DNA of 64,000 bases from an uncultured Thiothrix sp. (GTDB lineage Bacteria; Pseudomonadota; Gammaproteobacteria; Thiotrichales; Thiotrichaceae), in assembly GCA_964293005.1 (NCBI GenBank), contig CAXYXW010000020.1:3766-67765 (forward strand), written 5' to 3'. Positions 29,408 through 37,185 of this stretch are shown piece after piece (position 1 is the first letter of the stretch; every line of letters starts with the position of its first letter). The position numbers and the translations under genes were made by a program. The notes under the pieces were generated by a model. It made no database searches and was not told the origin of the DNA. It saw nothing but the letters and a program-made list of their open reading frames with translations.

Positions 29408-29463
29408 CGTTCGAGTGTCGGGGATACCATCCAACCCCGCAACAAATGCCGATAACCAGAACA

Positions 29464-29552
29464 TCTTACCCCCTCCACCCCTTGCGGGGGGAGGGTTGGG
29501 GAGGGGGGAGGTTCGGAGCGAAGTTATGGATTTTCTCTCAGTTTGTGTAGAT
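29464..29552. repeat. Right arm of the inverted repeat
   Basis: See the mobile_element entry. Confidence 0.8.
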
Positions 29553-29604
29553 ACTCATGCCGTTTGATGGCAGATTTCATGTAAGATATTGAAAGGGTAA
29601 ACAC

Positions 29605-29982
29605 ATGAGCAACCGCATCCTAACCATCAAAGTCGGTACAAGTATCCAGCCCTCGCTGGCACTCGCCCAGCAGATGCTGGAACAGCTAGAAACCGGCGAA
29701 GAGCCTACCCCCTATTTCGGCGTAGGCTTCAAAAATGTCAGCCAGATGCTCGGTGTTTTCACGCCCAAACGCTGGGATTTGTTGGCAACCTTACGCGAAC
29801 ATGGCGCGATGAGTGTTGCCGAACTCGCCCGCACCCTGCAACGCGACTACAAAAACGTCCACAACGACGTGGAGCGCCTGATGGAATGGCTGGCTATCGA
29901 GCGCGATGCACAGGGCAGGGTGTTTACGCCCTACGCGGAAATTGTGGTGGATGTGCATTTGCCGCAACAAAAAGCGGCGTAG
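29605..29982 (+). CDS. Small winged-helix/HTH DNA-binding protein
   Basis: About 125 aa. HTH-like segment MSVAELARTLQRDYKNVHNDVERL. Confidence 0.45.
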   Translation: MSNRILTIKVGTSIQPSLALAQQMLEQLETGEEPTPYFGVGFKNVSQMLGVFTPKRWDLLATLREHGAMSVAELARTLQRDYKNVHNDVERLMEWLAIERDAQGRVFTPYAEIVVDVHLPQQKAA

Positions 29983-30059
29983 ATAAGCGGGATAAGCACC
30001 TTGCCCAAAACGCATCCTGATCCTTAAAGTCGGCGCGTTTTCTGCCTATACCAAGTATA

Positions 30060-30857
30060 ATGGACGATATGCCTGCTTATACCCTGAACCCCAGTTTGAT
30101 CCAGTCCTACTTGCCTGCCCATGCAGCGGCGGCCTTGCGCCATATCCATGTGTTCCCGACCTTGCCGTCCACCAATGCCTGGCTGTTGGAGCAGGCCGAT
30201 GCCTGTGCCTGCGTCTGTCTGGCGGAGCAGCAGACGGCGGGGCGTGGGCGGCGTGGGCGGGTGTGGGAGTCACCGGATAGCCAGAATATCTATATGTCCT
30301 TGCGTTGGTGCTTTGCTGATGTGCCGCCGCACTATGGCTGGCTGGGGCTGGTGATGGGGGTGGCGGTGGCAAAAGGCTTGGCGGAGTATGGTTTGCAGGG
30401 GCATGCCTTGAAATGGCCGAATGACCTGTATTGCGGGGGGCGCAAGCTGGGGGGCATCCTGTTGCAAACCGCCCAGCCCCTGCAACAGGTGGTGATCGGC
30501 ATTGGCATCAATACCGGCATGCAGCCGGGTTTGGCGCAGAATATCAGCCAGCCGTGGTGTGATTTGGCTGACCTCTTGGGGGAAAAAGTTGACCGTAACC
30601 GCTTGGTAGCCGTTATACTGGGGCATCTGGTTCCTGCCCTGCAAACGTTCTTGGCCTTTGATAAGGCAGCGTTTATGGGTGAGTGGGCGCATTGGGATTG
30701 GCTATATGGTCAGCCGGTGCGCGTCGAGACTGGCGCAGAAAGCTTGTTTGGCACGGCTGGTGGGTTGGATGCCCAAGGGCAATTGGTGCTGGCGCTGGCA
30801 GATGGGAGCCGTCAGGCATTTTCCTCGGCAGATGTATCAGTAAGGCAAGCACAGTGA
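30060..30857 (+). CDS. birA: Biotin--[acetyl-CoA-carboxylase] ligase BirA (no N-terminal DNA-binding domain)
   Basis: GRGRRGRVWESP biotin-ligase motif. About 265 aa. Confidence 0.8.
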   Translation: MDDMPAYTLNPSLIQSYLPAHAAAALRHIHVFPTLPSTNAWLLEQADACACVCLAEQQTAGRGRRGRVWESPDSQNIYMSLRWCFADVPPHYGWLGLVMGVAVAKGLAEYGLQGHALKWPNDLYCGGRKLGGILLQTAQPLQQVVIGIGINTGMQPGLAQNISQPWCDLADLLGEKVDRNRLVAVILGHLVPALQTFLAFDKAAFMGEWAHWDWLYGQPVRVETGAESLFGTAGGLDAQGQLVLALADGSRQAFSSADVSVRQAQ

Positions 30858-31627
30858 CAACGATTCTGATTGATGCAGGCAACTCGCGCCTGAAATGGGC
30901 GCTGTTGACCGCAGGGGAGCGTAGCCCCCAACAGGCCTTGGCGTATGGTGGGCACTCCCCTCAGGCAGGTGCTTTGCAGCATTTGCAGGCATTGTTGGCG
31001 CACTATCCGGCGGTCACGCGGGTAGTGCTGGTGCATGTGCTGGGTGAGGCGTTTGCCCATGAAGCCCAAGCCTGCTGCGGTTTGGCGGGCAGGGATTTAT
31101 TGCTGGTCAAGTCCGGGGATGCTTATGGCGTGCGGGTCGCTTACCCCAACCCTGCGCATTTGGGCGCTGACCGCTTTGTTGGCTTATTGGCGGCACGGCG
31201 GCTGGTTCCGGGGCAGGCTGCTCTGGTCATTGATGCCGGTACAGCCGTGACCGTGGACGGTTTGTATGCTGATGGCACGCATTTGGGCGGTTTGATCCTG
31301 CCCGGCCTGCAATTGTTGGGTGATGTGCTGATCAGCCGTACCCAAGCCAAGCATATGGATGCAGCCTTGTTTGATAACCCGGTTGTGTTTGCCAATAACA
31401 CCCCGCAAGCGATGGGCAGTGGCTGTTTGTTTGCGTTGGTGGGGGCGCTGGAAGGGATTTGCCAGCGCATGCAGCAACAGATGCAGGAACCTGCTGGTAT
31501 TATCTTGTGTGGTGGTGATGCTGCCCTGCTGCATGCACACGTCGGTTTTAATGCCCTGTTGCACCCGGATGCACTGATGGATGGTTTGCACTATCTGGCG
31601 GAGCAAGCAGCATGTACGCCCTGCTGA
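30854..31627 (+). CDS. coaX: Type III pantothenate kinase CoaX
   Basis: GTG start overlaps the birA stop (GTGA). ILIDAGNSRLKWAL N-terminal motif and an ASKHA-fold signature. Confidence 0.8.
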   Translation: MTTILIDAGNSRLKWALLTAGERSPQQALAYGGHSPQAGALQHLQALLAHYPAVTRVVLVHVLGEAFAHEAQACCGLAGRDLLLVKSGDAYGVRVAYPNPAHLGADRFVGLLAARRLVPGQAALVIDAGTAVTVDGLYADGTHLGGLILPGLQLLGDVLISRTQAKHMDAALFDNPVVFANNTPQAMGSGCLFALVGALEGICQRMQQQMQEPAGIILCGGDAALLHAHVGFNALLHPDALMDGLHYLAEQAACTPC

Positions 31628-32259
31628 TCCTGTTGGTCATTCTGAATTTGTCGGTGATGGCGGTGACAGTGCTTGTCCCGGCGCGTGTGGCAAAGGACAT
31701 TCCCCTGACTGATCCGGGCATTCCGACCTTGGAGTTGGTCAATGATGTGGCTCCTGCCGTCTATAGCAGTGCTGCGGGGATTTCTGCCAGCAGTTGTTAT
31801 ACCCTGGGGCCTTATTCCAGTGAGCGGGCTGCCCAGTTGGTCATGGCAAAAATCCGCAATTACGGGTTGGCGGTGGAAATGCGCTCCCTGCAAACCATGG
31901 AAACCCTCAATTATCTGGTTTATATCCCGCCTTTGCCAAGCCGTGCCGAAGCAGAAAGTGTAATCCGCGATATGGGGCGTTTTGATGTGCAGGAACATTT
32001 GGTGATTGATGCCGGGCCTTACCAGAATGCCATTTCGCTGGGTTTTTTTGATGACCTGAACAAGGCGATCCGCCACGCCGAATATATCCGTTATCTGGGT
32101 TACGATGCCCGTTACACCGAGCAAAAAGCCCCCCGTGGTGTGTTCTGGCTGGATTATGACGAGCCGTTTGGCAGCAATACCCCGGTGAAGCTGTGGAGTG
32201 AATCCATTGATGCCACATCACGGGTGCAGTTGATCCCGCGAGCCTGCCAAGGCGCTTAA
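31612..32259 (+). CDS. Membrane-anchored protein with two SPOR-like repeats
   Basis: N-terminal TM helix. Two repeats of the SPOR pattern (CYTLGPYSSERAAQLVMAKIRNYGL, AISLGFFDDLNKAIRHAEYIRYLGY). Confidence 0.45.
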   Translation: MYALLILLVILNLSVMAVTVLVPARVAKDIPLTDPGIPTLELVNDVAPAVYSSAAGISASSCYTLGPYSSERAAQLVMAKIRNYGLAVEMRSLQTMETLNYLVYIPPLPSRAEAESVIRDMGRFDVQEHLVIDAGPYQNAISLGFFDDLNKAIRHAEYIRYLGYDARYTEQKAPRGVFWLDYDEPFGSNTPVKLWSESIDATSRVQLIPRACQGA

Positions 32260-32351
32260 GGGGCTTTAATCCAGCGGTGTGTCCAATGCTGGCGGGGCGA
32301 CGAGCAGTGGTATAAACTCAAGGTGAATCAATACCCTTGAGGAGGGGATTC

Positions 32352-33305
32352 ATGAAACCTTATCGCCATTCCTGCTGGATTGCTCTGCTGGTCTCAAGCG
32401 CTTGCTGCTTACTGCTGCATCCGGTGCATGCTGAGGTTGTGGCTGCCAAACTACAGCAATCCCCAGCCTCTTTTGCCCAGTTTGGTGGGGCTTATACGCA
32501 GGAAGACAGCCACGAGATGTGGTTGCCGTTGCGGGCAAAGTACTTTGCTGACCGCCCCATTATTGAAGGCATCGGGAGCCGTGTGACCTTGACCACCCCG
32601 GAGCGGGCAGAAAATGATGCGGCTGTCCCGGTCAGCATCCAGTTGCAAACCGACCCATCCACCACCGTTCAGCCAGTCAGTCAGGGCAATGCTGCACCTG
32701 CGTCTGGGGTGGGGCTGGCAGATAAGGATCCATTCAAAAAGGTCTACCTGATTGTGGATGTCAACCCTGCACCAGTCGGTGGTATTTTCACCTTGGCAGA
32801 CAAGCGGGCAATGACTGAAATCACCACCCATGTGCGGGTCAATGGTTACACCTACATCCGTGTTGTGGCAGAAACGGCGGCTGGCAAGCTGTATATGGAC
32901 AAGCGTTGGGTCAAGTCAACGGGGGCAGGTTGTTCTGCCCCGCCCAATATTGACCAGGAGGAACATAAAAAACGTCTGGGCAAAATGCGCTTTACCTTGC
33001 CGGACAATACGGCGGTGCTGGAGCCGCGTGTTTTGCGCCTGATGATTTCCCACCCCAACAATACCGGCATGCAGCGCGACCAGCTTTCTACCCTGTTTAT
33101 CCCTGAGCATTACGTCAAGCAGATCAAGGTGTCTTTCAACCAGCAACCGCTGCTGGAGGCGGAAACCAGCTTTACCCTGAGCGAAAACCCTGGGTTTGGC
33201 TTCAATTTCGCCCCGGATGAGTCGGGTATCCTGCGGGCAGACATGACCGACAGTGAGAACAAGACCTTCAGTACCGAAACCTCCATTCACGGGGTCGAGC
33301 GTTAG
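32352..33305 (+). CDS. Fused SoxY-like / SoxZ-like sulfur-carrier-family protein (secreted)
   Basis: Signal peptide. The N-terminal half is SoxY-like (AENDAAVPVSIQ). The C-terminal half strongly resembles SoxZ (ISHPNNTGMQRDQLSTLFIPEHYVKQIKVSFNQQPLLEAETSFTLSENPGFGFNF). No C-terminal GGCGG carrier motif. Confidence 0.55.
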   Translation: MKPYRHSCWIALLVSSACCLLLHPVHAEVVAAKLQQSPASFAQFGGAYTQEDSHEMWLPLRAKYFADRPIIEGIGSRVTLTTPERAENDAAVPVSIQLQTDPSTTVQPVSQGNAAPASGVGLADKDPFKKVYLIVDVNPAPVGGIFTLADKRAMTEITTHVRVNGYTYIRVVAETAAGKLYMDKRWVKSTGAGCSAPPNIDQEEHKKRLGKMRFTLPDNTAVLEPRVLRLMISHPNNTGMQRDQLSTLFIPEHYVKQIKVSFNQQPLLEAETSFTLSENPGFGFNFAPDESGILRADMTDSENKTFSTETSIHGVER

Positions 33306-33409
33306 CGCACATCTGCGTATCGAGGTACGTTCAGGCACGGGATATTTGTCGGCAAGTGCCGCACAGTCGGATACAATCGCGTTTTTGTTGAATATAGCCA
33401 CCGAACCTG

Positions 33410-35008
33410 ATGATACGTCTGACCGAATTGCGCCTGCCGCTTGACCATAGCCCGGATGCCCTGCCTGCTGCCATTGTGCGGCGTTTGGGGTTGGCTCCGG
33501 CTGATTTGCTGGAGTTCCATGTTTTCAAGCGCGGTTATGATGCCCGCAAGCGTGATGCCGTGGTGCTGGTGTATACCCTGGATGTGCAGCTTGCCGATGA
33601 GGGGGCGGTGCTTGCCCGGTTTGCGGCGGATGCGCAGGTATCACCCAGCCCGGATACCCGCTACCGTTTTGTTGCCCAAGCCCCGGAAGGCTTGCCATTG
33701 CGTCCGGTGGTGGTGGGCTTTGGCCCGTGTGGGATCATGGCGGCACTGGTATTGGCGCAGATGGGCTTCCGCCCGCTGGTGCTGGAGCGGGGTAAGCCGG
33801 TGCGTGAGCGTACCAAGGATACATGGGGTCTGTGGCGTAAGCATGTGCTGAACCCGGAGTCGAATGTGCAGTTTGGCGAGGGTGGGGCAGGGACGTTCTC
33901 CGATGGCAAGCTCTATAGCCAAATCAAGGACACCAAGCATTATGGGCGCAAGGTATTGGCTGAATTTGTCAAAGCCGGTGCGCCGGAAGAAATCCTGTAT
34001 GTCAGCAAGCCCCACATTGGCACTTTCCGGCTGGTGAAGATGGTTGAAAACATCCGGGCGCAAATTGAGGCGTTGGGTGGGGAAATCCGTTTCCAGCAAC
34101 AAGTGACGGATGTGCTGGTCGAGGAGGGGCATATCCGGGGACTGACCTTGGCGAGCGGTGAACAAATCCGTGCTGACCGGGTGGTTCTGGCGTTGGGGCA
34201 TAGTGCGCGGGATACCTGCGAAATGCTGTTTGGGCGCGGGGTTTTTATGGAGCAAAAGCCTTTCTCCGTCGGGTTCCGTGTCGAGCATCCGCAAAGCCTG
34301 ATTGACCAGGCACGGTTTGGCAAATTTGCAGGCAACCCCTTGTTGGGGGCGGCTGACTACAAGATTGTGCACCATGCCAAGAATGGGCGTTCGGTTTACA
34401 GTTTCTGCATGTGTCCGGGCGGGCAGGTGGTGGCAGCAGCTTCTGAACCGGGGAGGGTCGTCACCAACGGCATGAGCCAGTATTCACGCGCTGAACGCAA
34501 TGCCAATGCCGGAATTGTGGTGGGCATCACCCCGGAAGACTATCCGGGGAACCCCTTGGCGGGGATTGAGTTCCAGCGCCATTGGGAAGCACGTGCCTAC
34601 GAGCTGGGCGGTCGTGATTATTCAGCCCCGGCGCAATTGGTTGGTGATTTCATCAAAGGTATCCCCTCGCGGCAATTGGGGACAGTGGAGCCATCCTACC
34701 AGCCGGGCGTGCGCCTGACTGACCTCGCCAGTAGTCTGCCCGCTTATGCGATTGAGGCGATCCGTGAAGCTCTGCCTGCGTTCGAGCGCCAAATCAAGGG
34801 TTTTTCCATGTACGATGCGGTACTGACCGGTGTGGAAACCCGAACCTCCTCACCCTTGCGCATTACCCGTGGGCAGGATTTGCAAAGCCTGAATGTGCGT
34901 GGCCTGTATCCGGCAGGGGAAGGGGCAGGCTATGCCGGTGGGATTTTATCCGCCGGGGTTGATGGTATCCGCGTGGCAGAGGCGTTGGCATTGGCGACGG
35001 TGGGGTAA
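33410..35008 (+). CDS. FAD-dependent protein of the COG2509 family (NAD(FAD)-utilising dehydrogenase-like)
   Basis: Dinucleotide-binding VVVGFGPCGIMAALVLAQMG, GGAGTFSDGKL, and a C-terminal FAD-dependent domain. Confidence 0.7.
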   Translation: MIRLTELRLPLDHSPDALPAAIVRRLGLAPADLLEFHVFKRGYDARKRDAVVLVYTLDVQLADEGAVLARFAADAQVSPSPDTRYRFVAQAPEGLPLRPVVVGFGPCGIMAALVLAQMGFRPLVLERGKPVRERTKDTWGLWRKHVLNPESNVQFGEGGAGTFSDGKLYSQIKDTKHYGRKVLAEFVKAGAPEEILYVSKPHIGTFRLVKMVENIRAQIEALGGEIRFQQQVTDVLVEEGHIRGLTLASGEQIRADRVVLALGHSARDTCEMLFGRGVFMEQKPFSVGFRVEHPQSLIDQARFGKFAGNPLLGAADYKIVHHAKNGRSVYSFCMCPGGQVVAAASEPGRVVTNGMSQYSRAERNANAGIVVGITPEDYPGNPLAGIEFQRHWEARAYELGGRDYSAPAQLVGDFIKGIPSRQLGTVEPSYQPGVRLTDLASSLPAYAIEAIREALPAFERQIKGFSMYDAVLTGVETRTSSPLRITRGQDLQSLNVRGLYPAGEGAGYAGGILSAGVDGIRVAEALALATVG

Positions 35009-35245
35009 GCTTGTACTCGTGGTATCTGAGTTTTCATGCAGATCATCCCGATTAAATTTCCAAGTGTTGGCATTACCTTGTCCTGAGAGGGATAAAAACT
35101 CATCAAAACTGGCATTCGCTTGCTGCTGGCGGGTGAGTTGTTCCAAGTACTCGCGCACCATTTGGTTAAGGCTTTTGCCCATATCCTGCGCAATTTTGCG
35201 GGCATCATGGACAACTTTATCGTCTATTGATAGGGTGATATTCAT
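34946..35245 (-). CDS. Ribbon-helix-helix (VapB/CopG-like) antitoxin-type small protein, apparently without a cognate toxin gene
   Basis: MNITLSIDDKVVHDARKIAQDMGKSLNQMVREYLEQL is typical of RHH antitoxins. The 3' end overlaps the end of the FAD-dependent gene. Confidence 0.35.
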   Translation of the reverse strand: MNITLSIDDKVVHDARKIAQDMGKSLNQMVREYLEQLTRQQQANASFDEFLSLSGQGNANTWKFNRDDLHENSDTTSTSLPHRRQCQRLCHADTINPGG

Positions 35246-35277
35246 TACACAGTCTCCGTGTCCACGTAATAAATGCA

Positions 35278-36519
35278 TTATGGTATCAGACCTGACACGC
35301 AACGCTGGTAGCGCCCATTCACCGTGGTGGCAAATTTTTCGGTGGTAAGGATGCGAGATGCTTTTTCACTGCGCAGGGTGATGCCCGGAATGATGGCATA
35401 CGGGGCGGTTTGCCGGGTTTGTTTGCGGTAGGCTGCCATGATCGCCTTGTAGGTGCGGGTGTCGTTGAAGGCCAGTGTTTTTTCCTGTGCAAAATCCTTG
35501 CGGATGTCGCTGGCCTTTAAGGGCAGGCCGAGTTGCCCAGCCACGGCAAGGGTGGCTTTTTCTGTGCCACTGGTGCTGGCTGCCACTGCCCCGTCTTCTT
35601 GGTAAATCAACAGGTCGCCATCGGTGGCAAGCCCTTTGCCCTGCAAGGCACTGACGGCGGCTTGGAAGGCAGCATTGCGGCTGCTATAGCGCCCCGCATT
35701 AAAATCAGCAAAGCGGTAGATTTTCTTGTCATAGCCGGTTTTATACCCCAGCAATAACAGCGTGCCATAATATAAACTGCCCTTGCGGGTATATAACTTA
35801 TCCCTGACTCCATAAACCTCCTCCAGCGACAAGGCTTTACCGTTACGCTGTTCGGTTTCATATTGCACCGCAAAACTGACCGCCACTTGCATGGAGCCGA
35901 TGGTGTCGATTTCATTATTGCCCTCAATTAAATCGCGTGCAAAGCCATTATCCAGCAACAGGCCGAGTTTATATTGGCGGGCATATTGCCCCAAGCCCGT
36001 GATCAGGTCGCGGTAGGCCAGGTCAAGGTCACGTTCGGTTTTGGCCTTGCGGATACGCTGCATGAAACTGTTGCCCTTATCCGGGAATTGGTTAAGGAAT
36101 AAGGCTGCCCCATCCCCCAGCATGGGTATTTTGTTGAGTTTCTGCAAAACCGCCTGTTCAGAAAGCTTGCCCAGGTTTGGTACAGCGGGGTTGGCAACAA
36201 AGCCAGACTCCTGGTCGGTGATGGCAATCACGGCACACACATTTTCCAAGGATTGCGGCAAGCCATGCAAGCGCAGCGCCTCCAACAGGTCGAGCGCCCA
36301 ACCGCGTGGGTCGCGGGCGTTGGGTTCGGCGGCTTTGATCAGGCGTGCTGTTTGTTCAAGCGGAATGGCAGGTGCAGTCGGCTCATCGCTTGTTTGGATT
36401 TGCACATCCGTGAGCTGTTCCTTAATACTCGGATAAGCCCAAATACCCAGCGCAACCAGCAGAAAACCCAATAGCCACATCAGCAGTGACTGCACCTTTT
36501 CCCAGAGCCAATCCATCAT
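35278..36519 (-). CDS. Membrane-anchored hypothetical protein (possibly DUF1615-like)
   Basis: N-terminal TM helix followed by a ~380 aa domain. No catalytic motif recognised. Confidence 0.4.
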   Translation of the reverse strand: MMDWLWEKVQSLLMWLLGFLLVALGIWAYPSIKEQLTDVQIQTSDEPTAPAIPLEQTARLIKAAEPNARDPRGWALDLLEALRLHGLPQSLENVCAVIAITDQESGFVANPAVPNLGKLSEQAVLQKLNKIPMLGDGAALFLNQFPDKGNSFMQRIRKAKTERDLDLAYRDLITGLGQYARQYKLGLLLDNGFARDLIEGNNEIDTIGSMQVAVSFAVQYETEQRNGKALSLEEVYGVRDKLYTRKGSLYYGTLLLLGYKTGYDKKIYRFADFNAGRYSSRNAAFQAAVSALQGKGLATDGDLLIYQEDGAVAASTSGTEKATLAVAGQLGLPLKASDIRKDFAQEKTLAFNDTRTYKAIMAAYRKQTRQTAPYAIIPGITLRSEKASRILTTEKFATTVNGRYQRCVSGLIP

Positions 36520-36576
36520 TTTGCTGAAAACCTGTATACTGACAAGACCGCAAGTTTAACCGACAGGAGGCTTCTG

Positions 36577-37185
36577 ATGGCAATTAACCACCCCATTTCC
36601 CGTCGTCAATGGTTGCAGTATAGCGCAGCCGGTACACTGGGTTTACTGTTGCCTGTTTTTCCGATCCAGGCGGGGGCGCTGGATACCGGGGCAATCCTGC
36701 GCCTGCATCCGGTGCGTTATATCGGCGGTTTGATTTTCAATACCGTCGTGGCGGTTATCACCAAATTGGCGGAGGAGGAAATGGTGCAGGCGCTGCAAAC
36801 CGGCAAGCCCTTACCACCCTACCAGCGGCAAACCCGTTGCCAAGTGGCTTGTGATGACAGCCAGTTCCACCCTCCGCATTATAAGGCAGCGGTGGTTTTG
36901 TCAGGTTTGGCGGGTTATCAGGCTCACCGCCAGCGCCGTCTGGAGCTGCTGCTGCAAGACCCGGCACAGGTGGCACGTTTCAAGGATATGCTGCAATACC
37001 TGCGGGATGAGCGCCTGCGGGTGCGCCTGGTCGGGATGGAATACCCGCAATTGGTGGGCAAGGACATGATCCCGGATGATTTTTTCACTTTGGATCACTA
37101 CGGGTTGACCCCACACAAGGCCGAGCATGTGCAGGCCTTGGTGGAGCTGACGGGGACAGGGGCTTTTACGGATTGGAGCGTGTGA
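36577..37185 (+). CDS. Tat-signal hypothetical protein
   Basis: Twin-arginine motif SRRQWLQYSAAGTLGLLL. Its stop overlaps the start of the next gene (TGATG). Confidence 0.45.
   Translation: MAINHPISRRQWLQYSAAGTLGLLLPVFPIQAGALDTGAILRLHPVRYIGGLIFNTVVAVITKLAEEEMVQALQTGKPLPPYQRQTRCQVACDDSQFHPPHYKAAVVLSGLAGYQAHRQRRLELLLQDPAQVARFKDMLQYLRDERLRVRLVGMEYPQLVGKDMIPDDFFTLDHYGLTPHKAEHVQALVELTGTGAFTDWSV

Larger units (their letters stand above)
28958..29552. mobile_element. MITE-like unit: DUF559 gene bracketed by ~88 bp terminal inverted repeats
   Basis: 28958-29045 is the reverse complement of 29464-29552 with 3-4 mismatches (G/C-rich core CCCCCCTCCCCAACCCTCCCCCCGCAAGGGGTGGAGGGGG). Confidence 0.6.
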
